DNA of 64,000 bases, taken from assembly GCF_006345805.1 (NCBI RefSeq), contig NC_043007.1, forward strand, positions 66,030,001 to 66,094,000, read 5' to 3'. This DNA is from Octopus sinensis (lineage: Eukaryota). The position numbers were made by a program, and so were the translations under genes. Every line of letters starts with the position of its first letter. Position 1 is the stretch's first letter. This document shows, one piece after another, positions 41,033 through 53,349 of this stretch. The notes beneath the pieces are model-generated. The model searched no databases. It saw only the letters and a program-made list of their open reading frames with translations, and was not told the origin of the DNA.

Positions 41033-41347
41033 TATATGTATATATATATATATAAGGGGGTTTGTATGATTGTGTATAGGGGGATATATATTCAAAGAAA
41101 TTCCAACTCTGTTTTTTATGTTTTATTTATATTCTTTATAAAATTAACGTAGAATATAGAATATATAGTATAAATAATATATATATAATAAAATGAAATG
41201 AAGTATTGATTTTCTTATTGAGTAGATGAAATGTTGAATATAAAATATTAGGGGACTAGTATACTTTCGTGCGTTATAGCAGTCTTCAAGGTCCTAGGTT
41301 GTGACAGGAGTGTTGCAAAACATATATATGAATGTGTGTGTGTGCGT

Positions 41348-41381
<34 letters not shown>

Positions 41382-41549
41382 AAGGGAGAGAGACCAGTGA
41401 GAATGAGTTATCAACACGGCATTGGTGGATGAATATTTCTTATTTGTGGATTAACCAGGCTACCATTGGTTTCATATTAAGCGAGTTTCCTCTTAACGAT
41501 CATCAAACCTGCCACGTGGAACGTTGGTTTTCGTCTCTATATTCGATGA

Positions 41550-41592
<43 letters not shown>

Positions 41593-41989
41593 ATTAATGA
41601 GAGAGATGGTAGACGAAAGGTACGAGAAGCTTTATTGATCACTACAATCGTTTTTGACCCATCTGGCATCGATCACATGCGCGTGGGATATTTCGCAACT
41701 AGTTTAGGTGTATCCTTTTGTGTTGATGTGTCTCCTCGGGTGATTTCAAGAGGAATCTCGTAAAAATATACAGCTTCGCATAACTTATTACTTCATGTTT
41801 TCTTCTTGGTCTTCGGAGATACAAATAGCAAGTTAAGAAATACTTCTTCATTCTTATAGAACACTAAACCACTGAGCGTGCGTTAGTAGTAGTAGTAGTA
41901 GTATTAGTAGTAGTAGTGGTGGTGGTGGTGGTGGTGGTGGTGGTGGTGGTGGTGGTGGGGTGGTGGTGGTGGTGGTAGTAGTAGTAGTA

Positions 41990-42021
<32 letters not shown>

Positions 42022-43063
42022 ACAGCTGCAACAGTACAATGAACGGGACGTTTGAGCTGTTTTGTTATTTTGTGTGTGTGTTCGTGTGTGTAATAATGAT
42101 GGTTGTCGCGGAGCTGCAATGCAAGATAACATGCAAGGGAGAGAATTTGTCAAAAAATAAACGTTAAAACATTACTAATACAAAGACAATTGAACAGATA
42201 GAGAAAAAGGGAGGCAGAGAAAGAGAGCGAGAGAAAGTGTAGGAGGGAGTAGGGAGAGGAAGAGAGAGAGAGAGAAATGTCTCATCTTGATAACATGACA
42301 GTCCTTAGGGACCACTTGGATAAATAACATACAAACACGCAAACACGCAAATAAACGCAATCACACACGCACGCACACACACACACATACACACACACAT
42401 AACTTATAAAGTTCAACATAAATAAAATGAATGTTTGCGCACCTAGACATACTCACATGCAAACATAAGCACACACATGTACATATGCACACACGCATAC
42501 ACGCACGTGTGCATGCATGTGTGTGTAATAGGAGCACACGTATGCGACGAGGGATCCGTAATAACAAAACTAGCGTCCTAAATAAAAGGTACACAGAGAT
42601 ACACACAGATAAAATCACCTATGCATATATACATATATACTGAAATACATATTATATACATACATACATACAAAAAGACAGATAGGCAGACAAACAGACA
42701 GACATACAGATTGAAAGATATATACATATACATACATAGTGAAGTATATTTGCCATTTATACCTCGCTCAGAGATTTATTATTATACATACATACATATA
42801 TATAAATATATGTATGTGTCTATATATATTCACTCACACACACACAGATATGCATAAATACATACATAAGTATTTACACACTTACAAACGTACATATATA
42901 CCATGCCTATAGAAATGCACCCTTAGACGTCAATACAATCGAACACACAGCACATCGCATATATATATACACACACATCTAATATACTCTATATACATAC
43001 ATTCGATCGTATGTACATATCTACACACGTTCATAAATGTATGCATATCCAGATATACATGTA

Positions 43064-43095
<32 letters not shown>

Positions 43096-43122
43096 CATAC
43101 ACACACAGATAAATATATATAC

Positions 43123-43154
<32 letters not shown>

Positions 43155-43202
43155 TTGTGTGTGTATATATATATATACATATATACATGCACATATATAA
43201 AT

Positions 43203-43234
<32 letters not shown>

Positions 43235-44039
43235 CATATATACATACACATATATATAATATATATATATATAATATATATATTATATATAATATATATA
43301 TATATATATATAATATATATATATATGGCATATATGTGTTTAGTTAGCGTTTATGTTTGTGAGTGCCTGAATGGCGTTACGCGTGTGTGAGTGTCAAACT
43401 AGACGTTCACACATCTAATAAATATGCAAATGCGTAGAACAACTCATAAAAAATGTATACCCTGCCGTCTAGTAGCCATTTATTATTATTGCCTCTTGCC
43501 ATTGTTGACGTTTCTTGTTGTTGCTGTTGTTGTCGTTATCTGTATTCCTCTACTCTTCTACTTAACATTGTTTTTGTTGCGCGTTAATCTTATTATTGCT
43601 ATTATTTTTGTTTTGAATAATATCGGTTATTGTTAACATGTTAATCTCTACTTTTTTGTTTCCAACGCAAGTATGCGTGCGCGTGTGTGTATTTGTATGT
43701 GTGGGTGGGTGGGGTATTTGTTTGTATTTGTGGGTATACACAGGCACACATATATATATTTTGTCTTTTACTTGTGCATGCATATATAGTATATGTGTAC
43801 TCTTACATGTACATATAGGTATATATGTATATATGTGTAAATACACACACACACACATATGATATATATATATTGTATGTATATATATATATATATATAG
43901 ATTAATCAGCCGAAATTGCTAAGATGATCTGGTTCTTGACTGATGACTGAGGGCTTCGAATGTCCCGTCCTGTGGTTCTTGTGTCGTCTCTGTGGTGTTT
44001 CATGTTTTTGTCCATGTCTGTAATTATTTTTACTGTTTA

Positions 44040-44087
<48 letters not shown>

Positions 44088-44395
44088 ATATCTTGTGTGT
44101 ACACAGTTACAGGTACGATCTTTACTGTTGATTTTGGAGCTGTGCGTAGATTTTCTCCAAGCAATTTTCCAGTATAGTGCATAGGCTACTAATATACTTA
44201 ATAGAATTACTGGTTTTGATATACAGAGGAAGTTTAGGAGGAATTATGATAAACACCTGTAAAATCATGCAATAAGGCAGTCCCCAGGTGATCCGTTGTG
44301 GTGAAGCATCTAATTGCACTAGCAACATCTGATACTGTAGTTCCAAACAACTACAACGCTGACATACACATGCACACAGGCATATATACACACAT

Positions 44396-44427
<32 letters not shown>

Positions 44428-44500
44428 CACACACACACACACCACACACACACACACACCACACACACACACACATATATATATAATATATATATATAAT

Positions 44501-44544
<44 letters not shown>

Positions 44545-44555
44545 ATATATATAAC

Positions 44556-45215
44556 ATGGACTTCTTCCAAAAATATAGTGAAACCTTCAAAAATGAATTG
44601 GGTACAAATAATCCCTTCCTTAAGAAAATTACAATAAATAAAAAAGAAAAACCTAACAACCCACGAACAACCCCCAACTATCCTCCATACACTAAAAACA
44701 GAAATCACCCACAACCAACCTTTACAAACCACGCTAGACCTAACAGGGAACTAGCTGACAGAGGACGCGTCTATGAAAGAAATTACACCAAAAACAGAAC
44801 AAACCAACAACATCCTAATACCAGACCCAACCACCATACAGCACAATACGACACTAGGATAAGAAATACACCACACACAAATCACTACTACCCCATGAAC
44901 CAAAACTACTGGTCCCCACTAAACACAAGACAAACGCAAAGAAACACTATGTCAAGCAACATCCCACATACAAGAAGTTCGAAACAAAAATATTTCCCAT
45001 ACAGAAATTTTACACACACCACAAGCATTAACAACCATAGATTCCCACACACACACAACGATCGGAGGCAACAATACCACCACTCCCCCGACCAAATACC
45101 ACACAACCTCACAGACAACTCATACAAACAAAATTACACCCAACATTTTTTAGCCAGGGACCAGGGACACCAGGACACAGGCTGGAACCTAGTAATAAGG
45201 AAAAACCGAAGATAA
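44556..45215 (+). CDS. Upstream N/P/H/T/R-rich ORF of the Penelope element (219 aa)
   Basis: Open, non-microsatellite ORF on the same strand, overlapping the RT frame by ~180 nt. Confidence 0.6.
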   Translation: MDFFQKYSETFKNELGTNNPFLKKITINKKEKPNNPRTTPNYPPYTKNRNHPQPTFTNHARPNRELADRGRVYERNYTKNRTNQQHPNTRPNHHTAQYDTRIRNTPHTNHYYPMNQNYWSPLNTRQTQRNTMSSNIPHTRSSKQKYFPYRNFTHTTSINNHRFPHTHNDRRQQYHHSPDQIPHNLTDNSYKQNYTQHFLARDQGHQDTGWNLVIRKNRR

Positions 45216-47471
45216 TCAATCTTTCAACCAAACCTCTTTCTAACATAAAAATTGACATCCTCGCAAAAGGGCTCAAATTTACACCAACTCCACGCAGAGC
45301 AAACCTAAATGAACTCAAGGATAATATAACAGAATTTTGCAGAAAATTAAGACTAGCAGAAGCATCAAACAGTTTCAATACTGAAGATGAATCACTAGTC
45401 AAGAACAAAAGTGAACACATCCCACACAGAGGAAGAAATAAAGATCTTGACGAATTCTGTAACCACATTGAGAACTTCCCCTACCATACTATACATAAAC
45501 AGAAAGCTAACCCAAATTTTAACACTACACAATGGAAAGAACTGATAGAACTCCAAAATGATGAAGATATAACCATTAAGGAAGCGGACAAGGGAAATGC
45601 AGTTGTAATAATGGATACATCATACTACAGAAATCTTGTAATTTCCTTGCTTGATGAAGACCTACATTATGAAAAAATTACCAACTACACCCCACAAAAA
45701 ATAATGAAAACTCTATCTTCACTAATTAAAACCCATCAAAAGGAACTGACAACCAAAGAGATTGATTTCCTAACAAACTTAAAATGCAAACCTAGCCTTT
45801 TCTATGGTCTGCCAAAAATTCATAAAAGTCAAATTATAAATGAAACCATTAAAAAATCACCAAAGACATACACACACCTAATCCGGGGGACCTAAAACTA
45901 CGACCCATTGTAGCTGGCCCAACCTGTGAAACACACAGACTAAGTCTACTTATGGACATCCTCCTGAAACCCTTCCTTAAAGATATCGATAGCCATATCA
46001 GAGATGACTTAGATATGTTAAACCACCTTCCAAAAAAAACCAAGGAAGAAACAATCCTGGTTTCATTTGATGTAGTCAACTTGTATACCAGTATACCTCA
46101 TAATTATGGACTGGAGGCAATACAGTTCTGGTTAGACCAATTTCCGGAAGAAATACCAAAAAGGATCAGTAAGGAATTCATTACTAAATCAATTGAATTC
46201 ATCCTACACAATAACCACTTCATGTTTGACAATACATTTTACCGTCAAAAATCCGGAATTGCTATGGGTACAAGGGCAGCACCAGTCATTGCGAACTTAA
46301 CAATGGGATACATGGAAATAATCATTTACCAGGAATCTCTATCAATCTTTGGAAACTCCCTCTCTCAATACATAAAAGAGAATTGGAAACGATTCCTAGA
46401 CGATTGTTTCATTCTCTGGAATGAAAACATAGATAAACTCCTAAAATTTAAAAACCTATTGAACAGCATAAACCCAAATATACAGTTCACAATGGAATAC
46501 AACCAAAAGGAGCTCCCGTTCTTGGATATACTAATTAAAAATTTAACCTTAAAATAGAAACAGACATGTTTTACAAAGCCACAGACGCCAAACAATACCT
46601 TCTTTTTAATTCATGCCACCCAAGACACACTAAAACAAACATCCCCTTCAACCTTGCAAGAAGGATATGCACAATAGTGTCAGAACAAAATACCAGGAAC
46701 TTTAGACTGCAAGAACTCAAAAACACCCTAATTGACAGACATTACCCAGCTCAACTCATAGAGGATGGGATCAGACGTGCAACAGAAATCAACATAGAAA
46801 CTTTAAGAAAAGTTCAACACAACAACACACCTTCCCCGAAAATACTACCTTACATATCTACATACAACCCCAGAAACAAAGAAGCCTTCACCATCATCAC
46901 CCAGAATTTACCAATACTTCATAAAAACCCAACATTAAAGGAAATTCTAAACATACACCAAATCATTAAAAGCTACAAACAGCCTAAATCACTTAAAAAG
47001 ATTCTCACAAAGGCAAAATTGTCTTCTAAAATTACGGATGCAAAAGTAAAAAAAATGTGGTAGATCGAACTGTGCAACATGTCCTAACCTATTGGAAGGA
47101 TCAGAATTCTTCTTTAAGAGGGACAGAAATTCAAGATCAAATCTAACTTTACTTGTGCCTCTGAAAACATAATTTATGTCATTAAATGCTCGGGCTGCCA
47201 CCAAGACTACGTGGGTTCCACGGGACTATCATTCAGGCGTAGATGCACACTGCATCGACAACAGATTGCATTCCCAGAATATAGAATGATACCTTTTAGT
47301 GAGCACATTGAGAAATGCGCAAAGCAACTACTGCCACAATTTTTAATCTTCCCATTTTACCAATGTGCTTTCGGATCATCAACACAAATGAGACTGAACA
47401 AGGAAACATTTTTCATTGAAAAGTACAAACCCAGACTCAACCATCCGAACATACTGACACAGAGAAATTAA
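45146..47471 (+). pseudogene. Penelope RT + GIY-YIG endonuclease with four frameshifts
   Basis: IINLS, KGLKFTPTP, IKEADKGNAVV, LRPIVAGP, SFDVVNLYTSIP, GIAMGT, KRFLDD, CGRSNCATC, NIIYVIKC..YVGST. Open from 45146 to 45895 without a stop. Confidence 0.92.
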
Positions 47472-47607
47472 CAAGGGAAAAGGAAAAAAAAAATTTAAGC
47501 GATTACCTCCCTTACACCGGAAGAAATCACTCACTACCTCCCCTTATTTAGAAATCTCCTGAAAATAAACACAACGATAACTCCATGCAATATAAACATA
47601 ACGTCAC

Positions 47608-47647
47608 AAGAAATTTGAAAAGCTACACGCGAAACCGGTAATTTCTT
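47608..47647 (+). ncRNA. Minimal hammerhead ribozyme with U3-A8 core variant
   Basis: AAGAAAT-TTGAAAA-GC TACAC GC-GAAA-CCGG-TA-ATTTCTT: 7-bp stem I, palindromic stem III ACCGGT, predicted cleavage after GUA. Confidence 0.7.
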
Positions 47648-47989
47648 TAAAAATTTTAAAATTATGTCATTTTAAGGAAAGGAAAAAAATTTTTCCAATA
47701 TTCTCCAGACATTTTGACACAAATATATATATATTTTTTAACATTTAAGCCTTCTGTCGTTTTTTCACACTTTACTATTTTCTTATATATATATATATAT
47801 ATATATCAAAATAAGCAACAAGGATATCCAGAGGTAATGCAATACGATCGCTTCATGCGACTCCATTTAATTGAACAATGCAAACATTACATCAATTTAA
47901 AATGTAGAGCAATCTTCAGCTGCACAAAAAACATATAATTTAATTAAATTTGAAATTTAATCACATTCATTTCCTTAGCAGTAATTTTA

Positions 47990-48760
47990 AAACTAGAAAT
48001 TCTATTTATCAACGTAAAATTACTTCCGGTTCTGACGTCCTTTTTTTATAAAGGTAGTTCTTCATCTCAGTTATCCAAAAGAATTTCTAATCTTTACTCT
48101 ACATTTAGACATATCAATAAACGTAACAATACTCGGTTTAGTAAATTAATTTGGTATCTAAAGGATCATGATAAACAATTTGATTTGGAATGAAATATTC
48201 TATCTAAATCATTTCCGTATGATAAAGGTAAAACTTTCTGTCCGCTTTGTAACGATGAAACGTATTTCATCCTGTTAAAGAACGCGTTTATCGTTGGAAA
48301 CATTTGCAAAATCATACCTTTAGTGGTTTCCACCATTCTCTAAAATTCTACCTTTAACTGTCTTCTTAAATTTCACTTCCACTAAATATATCTACTTCCA
48401 AGCCTTTAAGATTTATTCCTATTCACCTATCGCTCCATATCTCTCCACTATTAGTTTTCTGCTAATTTCTTTCTTTCTACTCTTTCTCTTTCTTTAAAAT
48501 GTCTTTGACGTTATATCTATTAATGTTTTTTTGAAAAACAAATCATGATAGCGTTCCCTTTATCATATACGCAGTCATCACATTCTGATAAAATGTCTTA
48601 CTGATGTGTTTGGTTCGTTTCTTTCCCTGATGAGAAGATTGCATTGTTTTACATCATTTTATTCCTTCTGGAATAATACCAATGTTTTCTTCGAAGCATA
48701 CGTCGAAAGTAAAATGATTTAAATAACACCTGCGTTTAACTCCATTTATCTATTTATCTA
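47990..48760 (+). mobile_element. Decayed 3' fragment of a third Penelope-like family (GIY-YIG + UTR)
   Basis: SIYQ..FYKGS..KRISN..STFRH..KRNNT..SKLIW.LKD..W.ILSK..PY.KG..CPLC..E.YFIL at ~47995-48270; not reported in the ORF track. Confidence 0.7.
48621..48709 (+). ncRNA. Decayed hammerhead with long branched stem II
   Basis: CTTTCC-CTGATGA-GAAGA..CATTG..TATTCC TTCT GGAATA..CAATG..TCTTC-GAAG-CATACG-TC-GAAAG; A15.1 is mutated to G. Confidence 0.55.
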
Positions 48761-49440
48761 TGTTACACAAAAATATTTCACCAAAACCTGGAATTTCTAC
48801 CTTATAGTAGGCTGTTACATTCTTGGTATTTGTGTGAATTTTTGCAACCCTGGTAACTATTTATTTATTTTTTCTGTGTTATTTGTAAACATTGAAAAAA
48901 TATACACACATTTATATATATATATGTATATTAATGTGTATATATATATGCATGTATGTATTTATATGTATATGATTAATTCTTATGCCCTTATCTTTGT
49001 TGTTACTTCACTTCTTACTAATAATAATTATTTATACCGCTAGTAATAGTATTTAAATATTCATATAGTCAATTCCACCACCTTCAATATAATGATGATT
49101 TATATTTTGATATTATTTAGATACTAACAATATTTATATAATATTTAGGTATAAAAATATTTTCTGGCGTATTTACCTGTATTATAACTATAATTATGTA
49201 TTTTAAACGATATTTAATGAATGCATATCAATATTGTTTTCCTTATATCCTTTAATCTATCCCAATCTACAATACTAAATTATATTGATCTTATCTTACC
49301 TTACAACCTGTTCGCTGTTTACTTATATACTTGAACCTTTAATCTTAAATTTGATATTTTTGTTGTTGATATCAAACTCTATATTTTGTTATCTCTGTCT
49401 CTACAAATATATGATTTTCCTCTCTTCATACTTTCTTTTT

Positions 49441-49635
49441 TCTTTTATTCTTTTACTTGATTCAGTCATCTGACTGGAGCACCGCCTTTAGTCGAACAAA
49501 TCAACCCCGGAACTTAATTTTGTATGTTTAGTACTTATTCTATCGGTTTCTTTTGCTGAACTGCTAAGTTCCGGAGACACAAACGCATCAGCATCGGATG
49601 TCAAGCGACGGCGCAAGGCACAATCACAGACACAA
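49441..49635 (-). mobile_element. 3' half of long SINE family
   Basis: Homology to 40619-40840. Confidence 0.75.
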
Positions 49636-49892
49636 AAATGTAAGATGTTTGTACAGTAAGTATCTTTATTTAAGCTTTCTTTAATGAGACAATATTTTAA
49701 GGTTTTATAAAATTATTTTCAAGTGAATACCATTACAAAACCTTTTTTGGCTTATCTAAAACATATTTTAAAGTGAAAATGACTTTAAAAATACGGTAAA
49801 TATTTCGTAAAAGACCCATTCGTAACTTCGGTGTGAAATAATTTTTCCCATAGCTTTATTTCGAGTACATTCAACATATCTCACCTCCAAAG

Positions 49893-50003
49893 ATTTGGCT
49901 GCTATTTCTAGCACACCCTGCTACCACGTAACAGCTATCTGCGATAAAGGACCCGAAATACCTGTTATGTGGTAGCAGGGCGTGCAAGAAATAGCAGCCA
50001 AAT
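49893..50003. repeat. Fold-back hairpin, 42-bp arms, 27-nt loop
   Basis: ATTTGGCTGCTATTTCTAGCACACCCTGCTACCACGTAACAG versus the reverse complement of 49962-50003 (39/42 match). Confidence 0.9.
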
Positions 50004-50874
50004 TTTTCCGTTTCTAGGAAAAGGAGCCGTTTACGCGTGATTTCGATGTCACATTCGTTGAAAGCATGCGGAGTAACCTGGAAAGGAAAACAAATACTGG
50101 GAAACTCAGACTTTTCCGGTAATCCAACGGGTTACGGATAGTCTAGTACTATAAATTATCCACATGAAACAATTTGTCATGATATTTGAAATTTCCTATT
50201 GTTAAATAGAATTCCATCAAACTGTTTCTCTGTCATTTATGACTTTACTCAATCCTCATCGTTTTCGCTTGTATCATACAATATATTCTACATGTCTTGC
50301 AGAATGATATATTAAAGAGCTGGGCTTCCATTAACACATGCGCAATAACCTCTCATTCGAATTTTTACTCATTCGAATTGCATGTTCGAATATCCTTAGC
50401 ATTCCATTTGCTATTTATGTGTGATGTAAGACATTCTAAAATTTCCACTGCTTTTTCTTACACGTTTATTATCATTAATAATGTATGTTTTCTCCCTGAT
50501 TCTTTATTACTAATAACAGTTTGTTTTAAGCCTGTTTCATTTGCTGACAACGCTTTGTATTAAAACATTTTCGGTATTAGAGTACGCTCTTAATATTCCA
50601 GCTAAAGAATTCATTATCTTTTTCCTAGTTAATATTCTTCATTTATACATCGTTGGCTTTTAATATTAAATACACGTTTTGTTAACAAATACTTAGTAGT
50701 ATTTCATCTTATAGCTGTCTGCTGTAAATTTTACATTTTCAACTATTGCACGCTTTACTAGCATTCTACTAACAATTTATATTCCATTGCTTTACAACGA
50801 TAAATATATTTTTACGTATTATTTTTCTTTTCAAATTAAGTAATACTAAGATTACATTGCTATTAAACATTAAC

Positions 50875-51743
50875 ATATGAGTTTGCTTTGGTACATTTTC
50901 ATTTTGTTTGTAACAATATTTGGTTATATAACAGAATTTAAACAACCAATATATTTATTTCGATCGGTTTGCATTAAAAGGGCGACAATATTGTGAATGA
51001 AAAGGGCTTAATTTTTCACTACACATAAACGTAGATAGAATAAGGCTATTTGCAGTGATACTGTTGAGTAATGAATGCTAACTGTATAAAAAATGTATAT
51101 AGGTGTAGGAGTGACTGTGTGGTAAGTAGCTTGTTTACAAACCACATAGTTCCGGGTTCAGTTCCACTGCGTGGTACCTTGGGCGAGTGTCTTCTACAAT
51201 AGCCTCGGACCGACCAAAGCCTTGTGAGTAGATTTGATAGACGGAAACTGAAAGAAGCCCGTCGTATATATATATATATGTGTGTATGTATGTGTGTATA
51301 TGTTTATGAGTCTGTATGTGTCCCCCCTAGGATCACTTGACAACTGATGCTGGTGTGTTTACGTTCCCGTAACTTAGAGGTTCGGCAAAAAGACCGATAG
51401 AATAAGTACTAGGATCACAAGAAATAAGTCCTAGGGTCGATTTGCTCGACTAAAGGCGGTGCTCCAGCATGGCCGCAGTCAAATGACTGAAACAAGTAAA
51501 AGAGTAAAAAGAGTAAAGAGAGTATATGGGTTTGCTTTGGTTCATTTTCATTTTGCATGTAACAATATTTAGTTATATAACAGCATTTAAACAAATAATA
51601 TATTTCTTTCCTTCGGTTTGCATTAAAAGGGCGACAGTAATGTGAATGAGAAGGGCTTAATTTTTTCATTACACATAAACGTAGATAGATAAGGCTATTT
51701 AAAATGATACTGTTGAATAATGAATGCTAACTGTATAAAAAAT
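50875..51743. repeat. ~220-bp direct repeats (50875-51094, 51524-51743) flanking a SINE
   Basis: Collinear alignment by eye, roughly 85-90% identical. Confidence 0.9.
51102..51523 (+). mobile_element. Full-length long SINE with (AAGAGTA)n tail
   Basis: Head GGTGTAGGAGTGACTGTGTGG, B box GGTTCAGTTCC; homologous to 40619-41032. Confidence 0.9.
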
Positions 51744-51749
51744 TTACTC

Positions 51750-51818
<69 letters not shown>

Positions 51819-51821
<3 letters not shown>

Positions 51822-52615
51822 TTATATATATAAAACTGAGAATGTGTGTCTGTCTGTCTGTATGTATGTATGTTTCCCTAAAACTTTTTGCCTAGGGCGA
51901 GCCCACAGCAACATCATATCTTCTCCACTACGATTCCCTAAAATTTGAGAACTACACAACCAATTTCATTCAAATTTTACACATGCCTTACTTAGGGTCC
52001 GTGTAGTTTCATGGGCAAAAGAAAAATGTTCAACTTCTTGCCTAGAGCGAGCCCATAGCAATATCATATCTTCTCCACTATTTCAGTATTACGTGTTAAA
52101 AGTGAAACAAAAATATTTCTCTATTTTATGTCAGATGCTTTCACTTTAACAATAAAAATAATAATAACAATTGAATTATATGTAGTAAGTAATAATTAAA
52201 ATCAAACCAAATTATAATATAATCGTAACATACAAAAGTAAAAATAGCAATTAGTATAAAATTGCATCAATGATTTGAACTTGAATAAGGGATTTCACAA
52301 GAATGGTAATAAATTAAAAATATAATTAGCGTGCAGAAATGGAATAGTCCAGATGGATAATAAAAAATTGAATTAAAGAAAAGACTATTGTCTATAAAGT
52401 ATACAATGTAGAGAAAAAAGAAGAGCTAACAATTCCAGTCTGTTATATATTTTGAGTATTGTTATCACTAGCGATATCAAGATATAACTTTGTATTTTGC
52501 ATTTTATGTGTAGATGTATATATATATAGATGTACATGTAATATGTTCACATATATATACACATATATACATGCACTAGCACTATGGCCCGGCAACGACG
52601 GGTCTTTAATGCTAG
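51819..52615 (+). mobile_element. Non-autonomous Helitron
   Basis: 5' TC(TTTATATATATAAAA), (TCTG)n/(TATG)n, an internal ~47-bp direct repeat, subterminal hairpin GCCCG GCAACGA CGGGT and 3' CTAG; inserted between A and T. Confidence 0.85.
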
Positions 52616-53237
52616 TATATATATAGTCGCATCAAAGAGGTTAAGATTGTTTTCTTCCCTATCCTCTCTAATTTGCTTTTTACTCCCTTTCACCGTTTTC
52701 TATCTGTCTCTCTCCCTCTCTTTCTCTTTTTCTCTCCCTCGCTGCACACCCGTGACCATCGTCCATCTTTCTTTTCTTCCATGTGATCATCTTTCTTTCC
52801 TGTACGGACGTTCTAGGGACTGGACGTCTCCTATCTCTCCCTCTTCTATCTTTTCTCTTTTCAAAGAAAATATTTCTCTCAGCATTCACTATTTTCCCAT
52901 CGCTCAGGTCTAATGACCCTCCATATTTGTTTTCGTTCGGTTTCCCTGTATGTCTCCACTGTCCTGTTTTTGCTCCTAACTTTGACCCTCCATAAATCCA
53001 AAATATTATTTTGGTATTTATGGGAGCAACTGTATTTGAGAACTCATATGGTCGTTGATTACTCGAAATGGGGAGTAGATAGACAGCCGACAACTCGCTA
53101 TTTGCGTATTTAACTCATTTGTTTTTGTATTTCAATTTGTTTACTGTTGGTTATGTCCAGTACCCATATATATGTGTATATACATTATTTATATTATTTA
53201 CATTTGACGGATACTTGACCTCATCTTGTTTGTTGTT

Positions 53238-53283
53238 AACACAATGTTTCGGCTGATATACCCTCCAGCCTTCATCAGGTGTC
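53238..53283 (-). ncRNA. Minimal type-I hammerhead (module 53165-53345)
   Basis: Minus strand GACAC-CTGATGA-A-GGCTG GAGGGTATAT CAGCC-GAAAC-ATT-GTGTT. Confidence 0.7.
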
Positions 53284-53349
53284 TTGGGGAAATTTCGAAC
53301 AAGGGTTCTCATTCCTAATGCATTTTTCGATGTTATTATTATTATTATT

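Larger units (their letters stand above)
44554..47700 (+). mobile_element. Near full-length GIY-YIG Penelope-like retroelement
   Basis: Upstream ORF, RT-GIY-YIG ORF and a 3' UTR with a hammerhead; bounded by (TA)n tracts. Confidence 0.92.

Noticed and set aside
43935-43970. CTGATGA..GAA hammerhead candidate upstream of the long Penelope element
   Set aside because: GAAA is incomplete and stem I cannot be paired; at best a decayed remnant.
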